A stretch of 64,000 bases of DNA from Schizochytrium sp. TIO01 (taxonomy: Eukaryota > Protista > Bigyra: Labyrinthulomycetes). Location: positions 1,054,001-1,118,000 of the forward strand of contig SMSO01000005.1 in the NCBI GenBank assembly GCA_004764695.1. The letters are read 5' to 3'. The position numbers and the translations under genes were made by a program. Shown here piece by piece: positions 45,316-55,924 of the stretch (position 1 is its first letter; each line of letters opens with the position of its first letter). The notes under the pieces were generated by a model. It saw nothing but the letters and a program-made list of their open reading frames with translations. It was not told the origin of the DNA and made no database searches.

Positions 45316-48300
45316 ATGTCGTGCGAAGACGGCGAAGGTATTGAGGAGTCTATCTCCGTATCGGTGCGTGTGCGACCCCTTAACAGTAAGGAAATTAAAC
45401 AAGACTGCCAAAACATCTGGAAAGTGGTTGACGATAACTCGATCTTCTCCACAAATGAGGGCCAAAACAGCATGCACACCTTTGACAACGTCTTTGATAG
45501 TAACACAAGTACTCGGCAGGTCTACGACAAGGTCGCAAACGGCCTAGTCTCATCCGTTCTCCAGGGTATGAACGGCACTGTTTTTGCTTACGGTCAAACA
45601 GCATCAGGTAAGACGTACACAATGCAGGGCGAGCCAAACTCGCCGGGTATCCTCGAGTTGGCCGCCACACAGGTCTTCGAGGAGATCGCACGTCGTCCGC
45701 ACTATCAGTTTCTCATGCACGTCTCGTACATTGAAATATTTAATGAGCAGGTCAAGGATCTTCTCACTGACACCGACACCAACCTCCGCATCCGTGAAGA
45801 TCGCGACCGTGGTTTCTTCGTAGATAACCTCGAGATGAAGTCGATTGTCTCCGTGAAAGAGCTTCTTCAAGCCAAGGAAGAAGGAGAACGTCGTCGTCAT
45901 GTTGGCGAGACTAACATGAACTTGAAGTCCTCTCGGTCGCATACGATCTTTACCCTCAAGATCGAGATGCGCGATACGCGTGCCATGCAAAGTGAAAATG
46001 AGGAAAACGAAGATTCCATGAACGAAGCCATTGTCGACCGCCGTGCTTCATCCGAGAGTGACTACAGGTTTGGTATTCTCGTCGGCAAGCTTAACCTTGT
46101 CGATCTTGCTGGATCTGAGAATGCCCGAGCAACCGGAGCAGAAGGTGGCCGTCTCAAGGAGGGAGGTAACATTAATCGTAGCCTTCTCTCGCTATCTCGA
46201 GTAATCTCAGTTCTCGCCAACGCTCGTAGTAAAGCCGGAGGCTTCATCAATTGGCGAGACAGCAAGCTCACACAAATTTTGCAGCCCTCCCTTGCTGGAA
46301 ACTGCCGCACAGCAATCGTTTGTTGTATCACTCCTGCTTCAAGGTACGCTGAAGAAAGTCGCAGCACCCTTAACTTTGCCAGCCGCGCAAAACAAATTCG
46401 CACTCGAGCTGTTGTTAATGAGGTCCTCGATGGCGAAGGAGAGATGCGCAAGCTGCGTCGCACCATTCAGGAGCTCCGGGATGCACTGGCATCTCAGCAG
46501 GCGGCAAACGCTGAACAAGATACGCTACAGAATAAGATACGCAGCCTCAAGCGTCTCTTGATTCTTGGTGGAGGTGTCGCTGCTGGAACTGCAGACTCTG
46601 ATGACGAGGAGGAAGCAGCTGCTCTTGCTGCTGCTGCTGGAGACGATGTTGAGGCTGCTGTATGCCAGAAGATGCTCAAGAAAACTCGCCGTAAGCGCAA
46701 GCAACGCGAGACATGGTGCCCAGGAGACTTTGGCCCCAAAATCACTGCGTCTATGAACAAAGACACCAAACTTATGCCATCACCAGCAGGAAAACACCGT
46801 CGCTCGTTAGATCCAAAATTCATGGAAGAAGAAACCACCGAGGACCTCGCCGAGACTGCTGAGATTGCAGTCGGTCCTGAGCACCCTTTTCTAAACGATG
46901 AACACAAGGCTGTACAAACACAAATGACGAGTGAAGAACTTGATAAGGCAACAAACCTCTTGCGAGAAGAGATCGAGGTACTCCGTAATGAAAAAGCAGA
47001 ACGTGAAGCCGAATGCGCTGAGCTAAAAGATGCACTCGAAGAGACTGAGGCGCAGTTGGAGCGTGAATCTGAACAGTATAAGGCATCCAAGGAGCAAATT
47101 CGAGGCCTTTTGGAGGAACGATCACTTCAATCTCATGATCTTAGCGAGGAGATGTCTGAACTCAAAGAATCTCTTGTTTTGAAGGATCGTAAGATTGAGA
47201 GTTTAGAGCGTGATATTAAGCAGATGAAAGAAGACGAAGCCGCATTGTTGGAGTCCATCAAAGAAGATCAAAAAGTTGTACACCAGAAACTACTGGATCA
47301 GGCTAAGGAGACTGAGGCTCGTGAAGCAGAAGCACGTGCTTTAGAAATTACTTTGCAAGAGCAAAGAGCCGAGATCAAGGCTCTGCAAGCCCAGATTCAA
47401 GATATGGAATCAACAAGCCAGGAAGAGTCTAGTGCTCTTGAATCGACCTCCAAAATGTCTGAGGAGAGACTCAAAGAGGCTATTGCTGAGCAAGAATCAT
47501 TGCGTGCAAAGCTTACACATATGGAAGATGTCCTAGTTCAGTCTGAGATGGACAAGGAAGAAAGCATTGCTGCTCTTGAGACTGCCAAGACAGAAAGTGA
47601 ACAGATTCGTGCAAAGCTCGGTTCAGTGAAGTGTGCTCTCTTTGAGTGCGCTGGTTGGGCTGACCAGAGTGAGGTTGATATTCAGTCCATGGATGAGGCT
47701 GCTTTGGTAAATGCTGTTCGTGAAACTCTTGAAAAGCAGATTGAAGAACTTAAGTCTGAAACAATTTCTCTGAAGGAGAGTCGTGCTGAACTGGAAGAAA
47801 AGCTTAAGTCTTCTATTTCTCAGCATGAGGGGCTTCAGTCTCAGCTCGCATCAAGTAACGCAAGAGCTGATGCTCTTGAGGCCGAGTTCAAAGAGCTTGT
47901 GAGTGCGCATGCGGCACGCGCCAGCCAGACTGAGGAAACTGCTGAGCTTAATATTAACAACGCTGAAACACCACAGTCTCCAAGTGTTACATCAGATCTT
48001 GGCGAGGGCAGTGATGGCGAATCTGTTCAAGATAAGACAGTTGCCCAGACCCAAACTCAGCTCGACCTTTCCAAGCAAACTTTGGATGCTCTGGAAATTC
48101 AACTTACTGAGAGCAAGAAGGAATATGCTAACCTCCGCGAAAACACCGATAAGGAACTCGAGGAAGCTTATGAGCAGATCGAACAGCATGAGGAATTTGC
48201 AGCACGCTTGCGCTCCGAGAAGAATGCTCTCGAAGGACAGATTGAAGCCCTTCGAAGTGAGCTCAATACAGCTCATGCGACTGCCGATGATCTCCGTCAG

Positions 48301-51300
48301 CAAATGAAGGAGGCCTCAATTACAATTGCCGAAGCGGATGCTTCTCATCTTTCCGTCGGAGAGGCTCAGAAGCGCTTTGGGCAGCTCCAAGTTAAGTTTG
48401 ACCTTACTTCACAGGAACTTGAACAAGCAAATGCCAAACTTGCAGAAACCGAAGCTTCTTTGACCCAGCTTCGTAATCGTGCTGAAAGGGATGCCGATGA
48501 GGCAGCCACCTCTCTTGAAAAACTCGAGGTCGAGTTAGTGCAAGCTCGAAAGACCGAGGAAAAACTCCGCGTCGAACTTTCTGATGCGACCTCGCTATCG
48601 AACCGCGCTTCTCATGAGAAGGATGCAGCTGTGAAGGCACTTGAGGAAAAGCTTGCGGCTGAACGCGAGTATTTCGAAGAGAAAATTGAGGAGACCCTGA
48701 CACTCTCTTCTAAGGCTGGCTCTGCCGACTCAGCGGAGGTCGAAGCAATGCGCACGTCTCTACAGGCCTACGAAAAGAAGGTCGAGCAACTCAAAGAAAT
48801 CATTACTGAGGAGCGTGAGGCAGCTGAGAACCACCGGGAGCGATCCGCAGAGCTTCAGGAGACAGTGGAAAAACTCGAGGCGCATGTTGAGTCTATCTCA
48901 AGCGCTGATCAAGAAGAGCTGGTTGCCTCCTTGAAGCAACAGATTTCTGAAGCCAACATTAAATCTGCAGAAGCCAAGGCCGAAGCCGAAGAGGCTCGCA
49001 ACCGCCTCGAGAAACAGCGTGAAAACATTAAGATGCTGGAAGAGGAGTGTAGCTTGCAGAGCCAGATGGCTCGGGAGCTTGAAGAGGCGGCAAAGATTGC
49101 AGAGGAGTCTCTTGCTACTTCAAAGGCTTCGTGCATCGAGCTCGAGACTACCAACGAAGAACTCACTAAGCAGCTCACAGAGCTGCACTTGGCCTCAAAG
49201 GAAAAGGATTCTGTTATTTCCGAGCTCGAAGAAGCAGCTGTTGCCCACGCTGACTCTGATGCTCTCGAGAAAGAGCTTCAAATTCTTAAGAAGCAACTTG
49301 CCCATGCTCATCGTTCATACCCCGAAGACGTACAAGCTGAAATTGCTATTCTTACCGCTCAGCTTGAAGAGTCGAAGGACACAAGTGCTTTGGAAGATGA
49401 AATTGCCGATCTTCGTTCTCAGCTCAAGGCTGAACACATGACCGTTGATGTTAGTGCTTTTGAAGCAGAGATTGCAACCCTTAAGCGCGATCTTGAGAGT
49501 CGTGAACGTGCTATGATTGATCAAGGCGCTCTTGAATCTGAGATATCCACCTTGAGAGCAGAAATCGAGTTGAAGCCAGCTGTAGATACTGCAGTCTTTG
49601 AAAGCGAAATCGGAGCGCTCAAAGCTAAGCTTGAATCTGTAGCTGAGAAAGAGGCCGCCTTGGAGACCATGGAAGAGGAGCTTCTTTCTCTCAAGGAAAA
49701 GCTCGCCAGCGCCTGTGAGCAGAACGAGGCTGACAGTGTACGTCTTTCCTCCGAGATTGATTCTTTGAAGGCAGAGGTTGAGGCCAACGAGATGGAAATA
49801 GAGTCCCTCAACGAAATCATCGCAAGTCTGCGTGCGGATCTTGGAGCAAAACCTGAAGTCAATATTGAAGCCATGGAAAGCGAAATTGCTTTCCTTAAGG
49901 AGCAACTCAAGGCAAAGCCCGATGTTGATGTCGAGGCCATGGAGTCCAAGATCGAGGAGTTGGAGGCTGAACTTGAAGGTGCAGTTGAGCTGAAGGTCGA
50001 GGCAGATGCACTCAAGGCAGAGATTGATCACCTCCAGGAGAAACTTGACTCCAAACCTGAAGTTGATGTCGAGGCCATGGAAAGTGAAATTGCTTCCCTT
50101 AAGGAGCAACTGGAGGCTAAACCTGAGGTTGATGTCGAGGCCATGGAAAGTGAAATTGCTTCTCTTAAGGAGCAACTGGAGGCCAAACCCGAGGTTGATG
50201 TCGAAGCCATGCAGTCTAAGATCAAGGAATTAGAGGCTGAAGTTGAAGCTGCAGAAGAGCTCAAGGTTGAGATAGATGCACTCAAGGCAGAGATTGATCA
50301 TCTCGAGAAGCAACTCGAGGCCAAGCCTGAGGTTGATGTCGAGGCAATGGAGAGCGAGATTGCTTCTCTTAAGGAGCAGCTCGAAACAGCGGCTGAGATT
50401 AAGACCGAGTCCGATGCACTCAAAGCAGAGATCGATCATCTTCAGGAGCAACTCGAGGCCAAGCCTGAGGTTGATGTTGAGGCCATGGAAAGCGAGATTG
50501 CTTCTCTCAAGGAGCAACTCGAGGCCAAGCCCGAGGTTGATGTCGAGGCAATGGAGAGCGAGATTGTTTCTCTTAAGGAGCAACTCGAAACAGCGGCTGA
50601 GATTAAGACCGAGTCCGATGCACTCAAAGCAGAGATCGATCATCTTCAGGAGCAACTCGAGGCCAAGCCTGAGGTTGATGTTGAAGCCATGGAACGCGAA
50701 ATTGCTTCTCTCAAGGAGCAACTCGAGGCCAAGCCTGAGGTTGATGTCGAGGCAATGGAGAGCGAGATTGTTTCTCTTAAGGAGCAGCTCGAAACAGCGG
50801 CTGAGATTAAGACCGAGTCCGATGCACTCAAAGCAGAGATCGATCATCTTCAGGAGCAACTCGAGGCCAAGCCTGAGGTTGATGTTGAGGCTATGGAAAG
50901 CGAGATTGCTTCTCTTAAGGAGCAACTCGAGGCCAAGCCTGAGGTTGATGTCGAGGCAATGGAGAGCGAGATTGCTTCTCTTAAGGAGCAGCTCGAAACA
51001 GCGGCTGAGGTTAAGACCGAGTCCGATGCACTCAAGGCAGAGATTGATCATCTTCAGGAGCAGCTTGAAGCAAAGTCTGAGATTGATGTCAGTGCTTTGG
51101 AGGATGAGATTGCATCATTAAGGACAAAACTTGCTGCTGCGGAAGAGTTGGCTGGTGAGGTCTTTACTCTCGAGACAGAGGTTCAGGTTCTTACAGAAAG
51201 ACTCGAGGGAAAAGATGAAGTAGATGTCGGGGCCTTGGAGTCAAAAATCAATTCGCTCGAGGCAGAAATTGACGCAATGAAAGAGTCTGAGGTTGAAGCA

Positions 51301-53874
51301 GCATCTTTGAAGTCTCAGATTGCCAGTTTGACCGCTGAGCTTGAGGATGCAAAGTCACTAAACGAAGGTAGAGAGGCTCTAGAGACAGAGCTCTTTGCAA
51401 CCAAGGCAAAACTTGAAGCCGTTGAGAACGTAGACAGTGATGCCTTTGCAAGCGAGATTGCATCGCTCGAAACTCAATTAGAGGCCGCTGCTGCAGACAA
51501 AGTGCGCGAGACAGAAGCTCTGCACAAGCAGATTGCAGTTTTGGAAACTACCCTCAAGGCCAAGGAAGATATTGATGCCGTTGCACTTGAAAATCAGCTT
51601 TCTTCTCTTCATGAGCAAGCTGATCTTGCAACTAGTGCAAAGGCCCAAGTGGAGTCCTTGCAAGCTGAAGTTCTATTCCTTAAGGGGGAGCTTGAGTCAA
51701 AGGAGGGTGTAGAGAACCTCGAGGTAGAAATTGAAGCATTGAGAGAGCAGCTGAAGGCTAAGGAAGATGTGGATGTAGAGGCCTACGAAGCTCGACTTGC
51801 ATCTCTCAAGTCTCAGCTTGAGGTTGCAAATGAAGCTGCCGCAGAAGCCTCTGCTGCTCACACTGATGCTGTTTTTGCAAAGGAGCAGCTCGAAGTAAGA
51901 ATTGAAGCTGAGGTCGATGCCGCACGTGAGGCTAAACAAGAGGGTTCTGCGCTGAAGGCTGAGATTGACTACCTTCAGGAGCAGCTTGCGGCTAAGCCGG
52001 AAGTCGATGTTGATGCAATGCGCGCCGAAATTGTTACCCTTAAGACGCAACTCGAGGCCAAGGAGGATGTTGATGTCAGTATTTACGAAGCACGAATCTC
52101 AGACCTTGAGAAGCAAGTTGAAGCGGCTTCTGAGCACCAATCTGCCAATGATGAGCTCAGGGAGGAATTGCTCAACCTTCACTCTCAGCTGGGAGATTCT
52201 GCTGCTCAAAAGAGTCAGCTCGAGGCTGCTCAAGCAAAGGTTGAATCACTTGCTTCCGAACTTGCGGCTGCTCGTGAAGCTGGTAACCACGTTAATGCAC
52301 TTCAGTCTGAGGTTGCGTCCTTGCAGACAAAGCTTGAGCGCATTGAACTTGAGGTCTCTGTCAAAGAAAGTGCTATGATTCAAGAACACGACTCAATTGT
52401 TTCCAGGTTGCAAACTCAGCTTTCTGAGTCTAATCAGAATGCTCGCCTGGTAGACGACACTCTCCGTAGACAAGTTTCTGAGCTTGAAGAACAACTTGAA
52501 GCCGCTGCAGCTTCATCTGGTCAGCGCGTGCAAGAACTACAGCAGGAGGTGTGCGGTCTCAGATCTCAGCTTGAGTCGATGACTATGCAAAATAGTCGTG
52601 CTGATAGTCTTGAAGAAGCACTTCTTGAGAGGCAAGAAGCAATAAGTGAATTAGAAGAGGCTCTCCAGAATAGCACTGCAAAGGCTGAGCAGTATGCCAA
52701 GGAGATCGAGACTCTTGAGAACAAACTTGTGTCTCAGGGAGAGTCGATGCAGGGCATGCAACGTAAGGTTTCTGAGATGCGGGAGCTTGAAAATGAACTT
52801 GCTGCCGCTAAGGCAAACGCTGGATCGAGCGAACAGTTAACTTTGGCTGTGCAGAGGATCAAACAACTTGAGGCCGAGGCCGAATCTGACAAGGTTCGCA
52901 TTGCTAAACTCGAGAAGGTCAAATTGACCAAGGAAATTGCAGATCGTTACAAAAAAGCAAAGGATGATGCCAAATCGTACAAGGAGAAGGCCAAGCAGAA
53001 GGCTCAGGAGCTCGAAAGTTATGTCGAGAAGAACTCGGAACTTCAAGAGAGGAACGAGGACCTTACAATGAAATTGAACGAAGCTTCTGCCAGGACCCGC
53101 GAGCAAATGCGCACTGTGAGTGCTGCTGCCCGCAAGGCTGCTTCACGCTTTGGTATTCACGAGGATCTCAATCCTCTCGAGCTCTTTGAGATGATTTCGA
53201 AGAAGCTGAAGAGAACTATCAGCGAGAAGGACGAGTTGGAATCTCGTGTTTACAGTCTTGAGCGTGCGGAGTCCAACTCAGATGCACTTGACCGTCTCGA
53301 GGAGGTGCAAGCCAAGTATACTGCTGCTGAGAAGGGACGTAGGGCCTTGCAAGCCAAGCTCAACGAGATGTCGGAGGTTGCAGCAAAGGCCGATGCTACA
53401 TCCAGCCGTCGGGAAGATGCTCTTCGTGAGGCAAATGCGGCACTTGAAGCTCGCATCGCTACTTTGGAGGCGTCTCGCTCTACAAGTGATGAAAGCGATC
53501 GCAACAAGGAAACCCTTCTGTCTGAAATTGAGGAGCTGAAGTCCAATACCCGCTTCTTAGAGAAGGAAAACTTGAACCTTATGGTCGAAATGCGTAAGCT
53601 TCGTGAGCGCGCCTCTGGAGCCGATGGTATGCCACCTTCTAGCGTTACCAAGTCAATTCCAAAGCGTGGTATGCCCCTTGCAGGTATTGAAGCAAACACT
53701 TTGCCGGCCGGTCCTTTCAGTCCCGTGGCTCCTGGCCCGTCCACTCGTAAGCCCCGGACCAAATCATTTTCTTCCGAGTTTAGCACTCGTACTCCCGCAT
53801 CAATTGCCCGACCCAACGCACGCAACGAAAACCAACCCTTGAACGACAACACTGCTGAATGCGCGCAGCAATAA
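45316..53874 (+). CDS. CENPE: Kinesin-7 / CENP-E-like kinetochore motor
   Basis: ATG at 45316. Motor motifs VSVRVRP, FAYGQTASGKT, NLKSSRSH, LVDLAGSE, INRSL, RDSKLT..LQPSLAGN. The kinesin-7-typical RETWCPG lies at 46705. About 2300 aa of coiled coil follow, ending in a CaaX-like CAQQ. Confidence 0.92.
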   Translation: MSCEDGEGIEESISVSVRVRPLNSKEIKQDCQNIWKVVDDNSIFSTNEGQNSMHTFDNVFDSNTSTRQVYDKVANGLVSSVLQGMNGTVFAYGQTASGKTYTMQGEPNSPGILELAATQVFEEIARRPHYQFLMHVSYIEIFNEQVKDLLTDTDTNLRIREDRDRGFFVDNLEMKSIVSVKELLQAKEEGERRRHVGETNMNLKSSRSHTIFTLKIEMRDTRAMQSENEENEDSMNEAIVDRRASSESDYRFGILVGKLNLVDLAGSENARATGAEGGRLKEGGNINRSLLSLSRVISVLANARSKAGGFINWRDSKLTQILQPSLAGNCRTAIVCCITPASRYAEESRSTLNFASRAKQIRTRAVVNEVLDGEGEMRKLRRTIQELRDALASQQAANAEQDTLQNKIRSLKRLLILGGGVAAGTADSDDEEEAAALAAAAGDDVEAAVCQKMLKKTRRKRKQRETWCPGDFGPKITASMNKDTKLMPSPAGKHRRSLDPKFMEEETTEDLAETAEIAVGPEHPFLNDEHKAVQTQMTSEELDKATNLLREEIEVLRNEKAEREAECAELKDALEETEAQLERESEQYKASKEQIRGLLEERSLQSHDLSEEMSELKESLVLKDRKIESLERDIKQMKEDEAALLESIKEDQKVVHQKLLDQAKETEAREAEARALEITLQEQRAEIKALQAQIQDMESTSQEESSALESTSKMSEERLKEAIAEQESLRAKLTHMEDVLVQSEMDKEESIAALETAKTESEQIRAKLGSVKCALFECAGWADQSEVDIQSMDEAALVNAVRETLEKQIEELKSETISLKESRAELEEKLKSSISQHEGLQSQLASSNARADALEAEFKELVSAHAARASQTEETAELNINNAETPQSPSVTSDLGEGSDGESVQDKTVAQTQTQLDLSKQTLDALEIQLTESKKEYANLRENTDKELEEAYEQIEQHEEFAARLRSEKNALEGQIEALRSELNTAHATADDLRQQMKEASITIAEADASHLSVGEAQKRFGQLQVKFDLTSQELEQANAKLAETEASLTQLRNRAERDADEAATSLEKLEVELVQARKTEEKLRVELSDATSLSNRASHEKDAAVKALEEKLAAEREYFEEKIEETLTLSSKAGSADSAEVEAMRTSLQAYEKKVEQLKEIITEEREAAENHRERSAELQETVEKLEAHVESISSADQEELVASLKQQISEANIKSAEAKAEAEEARNRLEKQRENIKMLEEECSLQSQMARELEEAAKIAEESLATSKASCIELETTNEELTKQLTELHLASKEKDSVISELEEAAVAHADSDALEKELQILKKQLAHAHRSYPEDVQAEIAILTAQLEESKDTSALEDEIADLRSQLKAEHMTVDVSAFEAEIATLKRDLESRERAMIDQGALESEISTLRAEIELKPAVDTAVFESEIGALKAKLESVAEKEAALETMEEELLSLKEKLASACEQNEADSVRLSSEIDSLKAEVEANEMEIESLNEIIASLRADLGAKPEVNIEAMESEIAFLKEQLKAKPDVDVEAMESKIEELEAELEGAVELKVEADALKAEIDHLQEKLDSKPEVDVEAMESEIASLKEQLEAKPEVDVEAMESEIASLKEQLEAKPEVDVEAMQSKIKELEAEVEAAEELKVEIDALKAEIDHLEKQLEAKPEVDVEAMESEIASLKEQLETAAEIKTESDALKAEIDHLQEQLEAKPEVDVEAMESEIASLKEQLEAKPEVDVEAMESEIVSLKEQLETAAEIKTESDALKAEIDHLQEQLEAKPEVDVEAMEREIASLKEQLEAKPEVDVEAMESEIVSLKEQLETAAEIKTESDALKAEIDHLQEQLEAKPEVDVEAMESEIASLKEQLEAKPEVDVEAMESEIASLKEQLETAAEVKTESDALKAEIDHLQEQLEAKSEIDVSALEDEIASLRTKLAAAEELAGEVFTLETEVQVLTERLEGKDEVDVGALESKINSLEAEIDAMKESEVEAASLKSQIASLTAELEDAKSLNEGREALETELFATKAKLEAVENVDSDAFASEIASLETQLEAAAADKVRETEALHKQIAVLETTLKAKEDIDAVALENQLSSLHEQADLATSAKAQVESLQAEVLFLKGELESKEGVENLEVEIEALREQLKAKEDVDVEAYEARLASLKSQLEVANEAAAEASAAHTDAVFAKEQLEVRIEAEVDAAREAKQEGSALKAEIDYLQEQLAAKPEVDVDAMRAEIVTLKTQLEAKEDVDVSIYEARISDLEKQVEAASEHQSANDELREELLNLHSQLGDSAAQKSQLEAAQAKVESLASELAAAREAGNHVNALQSEVASLQTKLERIELEVSVKESAMIQEHDSIVSRLQTQLSESNQNARLVDDTLRRQVSELEEQLEAAAASSGQRVQELQQEVCGLRSQLESMTMQNSRADSLEEALLERQEAISELEEALQNSTAKAEQYAKEIETLENKLVSQGESMQGMQRKVSEMRELENELAAAKANAGSSEQLTLAVQRIKQLEAEAESDKVRIAKLEKVKLTKEIADRYKKAKDDAKSYKEKAKQKAQELESYVEKNSELQERNEDLTMKLNEASARTREQMRTVSAAARKAASRFGIHEDLNPLELFEMISKKLKRTISEKDELESRVYSLERAESNSDALDRLEEVQAKYTAAEKGRRALQAKLNEMSEVAAKADATSSRREDALREANAALEARIATLEASRSTSDESDRNKETLLSEIEELKSNTRFLEKENLNLMVEMRKLRERASGADGMPPSSVTKSIPKRGMPLAGIEANTLPAGPFSPVAPGPSTRKPRTKSFSSEFSTRTPASIARPNARNENQPLNDNTAECAQQ
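49850..51110 (+). repeat. Intragenic tandem repeats in the kinesin stalk: 22-aa KPEVDVEAMESEIASLKEQLEA units arranged in a 68-aa (204-bp) higher-order unit
   Basis: Visible in the translation. The antisense ORFs at 50442, 50646 and 50850 are spaced exactly 204 bp apart. Confidence 0.93.
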
Positions 53875-54474
53875 TTATTCGGAAATACAGTTTTTGTACT
53901 AAAAAATTAAACACCATAACTGAGGAATATATCGATTTATATAATTTCCTATGACATTGAACATTCATTTAGCTCAAATATAGGAAATCCCATTTGAGGA
54001 GAGCCATCGCCATTGCCTTGTTTTACACGCATGGAGATCAAACTAATTTTACATACAAACCTGCTGGAGTCCTTCTTCTCATCATCTTGTCATGTCCCGC
54101 CGTTTATTTTGTTGGGTTGATTTCCTTGTTGTAATTAAAATAAGGAAACGAGATCTTGCGATGCTCCGATGAGAGAGGGCCATAACGTTCAGACTGATGC
54201 GAATTTAAGGGATGCTAATTCGATCTGTCGAATGGAAAAGGTCTTTCATAATGCCTCGTTTTCTTATGTTAGAGTTATTTTGTAGTAATATTCTGATGGG
54301 TTCAAAATATATGAAGGTCCTAGAGTAAACTTCAAATCTTAAATACATTTCCCAAAATACGCTGGTGCCTAACGGGAGATACGAAAATTGTTGGAGAAAA
54401 TCACACGAAAGTTATCATACCCTCACGCAACAAGAAACAAAGTCAATTCTTGCTTGCCTGCGCACCTCAAGAGC

Positions 54475-55634
54475 ATGAGCGACGCTGACGGAGGCGCTTC
54501 CAAGCGCAAGCGACAGCGCTATAAGGCCGAGGCTGTTCGGAATCGCAAGAAGCGCGCTGCTGATGATAGTTCTACTACGAAGTCTGGAGCAGAAGATGGT
54601 CTGGGGGCCTCGAGCGCCGACATTGGTGGTGCCGGCGCCCCAAAGAAAGGCGAGAGGAAGAGCTCCAAGAATGGACGTCTTAAAGCAGCTTCTTTGACGG
54701 ATGTAAAAGGTGGCCCTGCATTTTTCTTCATGTGCAATGCAGGCAGCGAAAAACGTACAGCTGGGCAAATGCGAGATTGGATTGAAGAGATCGTGGAGGA
54801 AATGGGAGTTTCTGATGACGAAGAAGAAGATGTGAAACAAGGTCATGATGGCGACGGCAATACGGAACAAGCGACTGAAAAAAATCAGGCGGAGAAACAG
54901 TCCAAAAAAAATCCAGTTTTGGATGTGCAGCAGGCTTTGATGGCAGAGATTGAGTCGTTTAAGACAAAGGTGCCACCCCTGCAGTTTGTAAATGTGGTAC
55001 GTTATATAAATTTTGTGTGGTAATCATTAGGCTGAAGGCTTGTGTTTTAGTTTCGGATATGACTAACATATTCGACATCACTTTCTTTGAAACGTTGGTA
55101 TGACAAATTGTTTGATTTATTTTGGGGCTCAAATAGCCAACAAAAGCAAGAGCACTTGCGATATTGAAGTTGAATAAGCGAAAGGTTGACCCTGTAGATG
55201 TTGTGAAGCGAATTTTGAATCAATGCACAGGGACCAGCTCGAATCGTGTGCCATCATGTGTACGTGCAGTTCCTGCACAAATGTGCTGTCACTCTCGTGA
55301 GCAGGATATCAAAGCTGCTTGTGAACCCCTCCTGAAGCGCTATTTTGCTGCGCAGTTGGAGCAGGAAATGCAAACTTTTGCAATCCAATTACGTCGTCGA
55401 TTCTGTGAGCACTTGGACCGCGACGAAACAATTAAATTAGTTGCTGATTCTGTTGCAGCACTTGCGCCAAAGAATGCTGAAGGAAAGCCTCTGGTGAAGG
55501 TGGACCTTAAAAAACCCTCGTTCTCTGTGGTTATCGAAACCTGCGCAGGTCTTGCAGGCATTTCAATTATGGATAATGTCGAAGATCAATGGTACAAGCT
55601 CAATCTAGAGGTAGCAGCTGAAACTGCGAATTGA
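54475..55634 (+). CDS. TAN1: THUMP-domain tRNA-binding protein (Tan1/THUMPD1-like); exons 54475-54996 and 55137-55634
   Basis: A phase-0 GTACGT...AATAG intron (54997-55136) joins the two ORFs in frame. Motifs: GPAFFFMCNAGSE, acidic loop, ALMAEI, CVRAVP, TFAIQLRRR..LDRDETIK.VA..KVDLKKP.FSVVIE..GIS..YKLNL. Confidence 0.85.
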
Positions 55635-55924
55635 GCGGCTGTGAGGGCTTCAAATAATAAATTAGAAGGAAGATAACTAGATCAGGTAGGAAAGCCTTCT
55701 TTATTCACTACGGTAATGATTGTTGTTTTCCAAAAATATTTCCCTCAACGCACAGTATATTGCGCGCTTTGAAGGATCATTAGAAGTCCTAATGTTTTAC
55801 AAGTAGCATTGCTAGTTTGCACGGATGACCTTAATAGTACAGTTCTGCAGCTGCATTTAGCAATAATTGAAACAATTAAAGATAACCTGATAGTTTACAA
55901 AGAGAAACATCTCTGTGTTCCTGC

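Noticed and set aside
45395-53852. Numerous antisense or alternate-frame ORFs inside the kinesin, SWR1, kinase and AK genes
   Set aside because: Shadows of codon bias and repeats in the real CDS.
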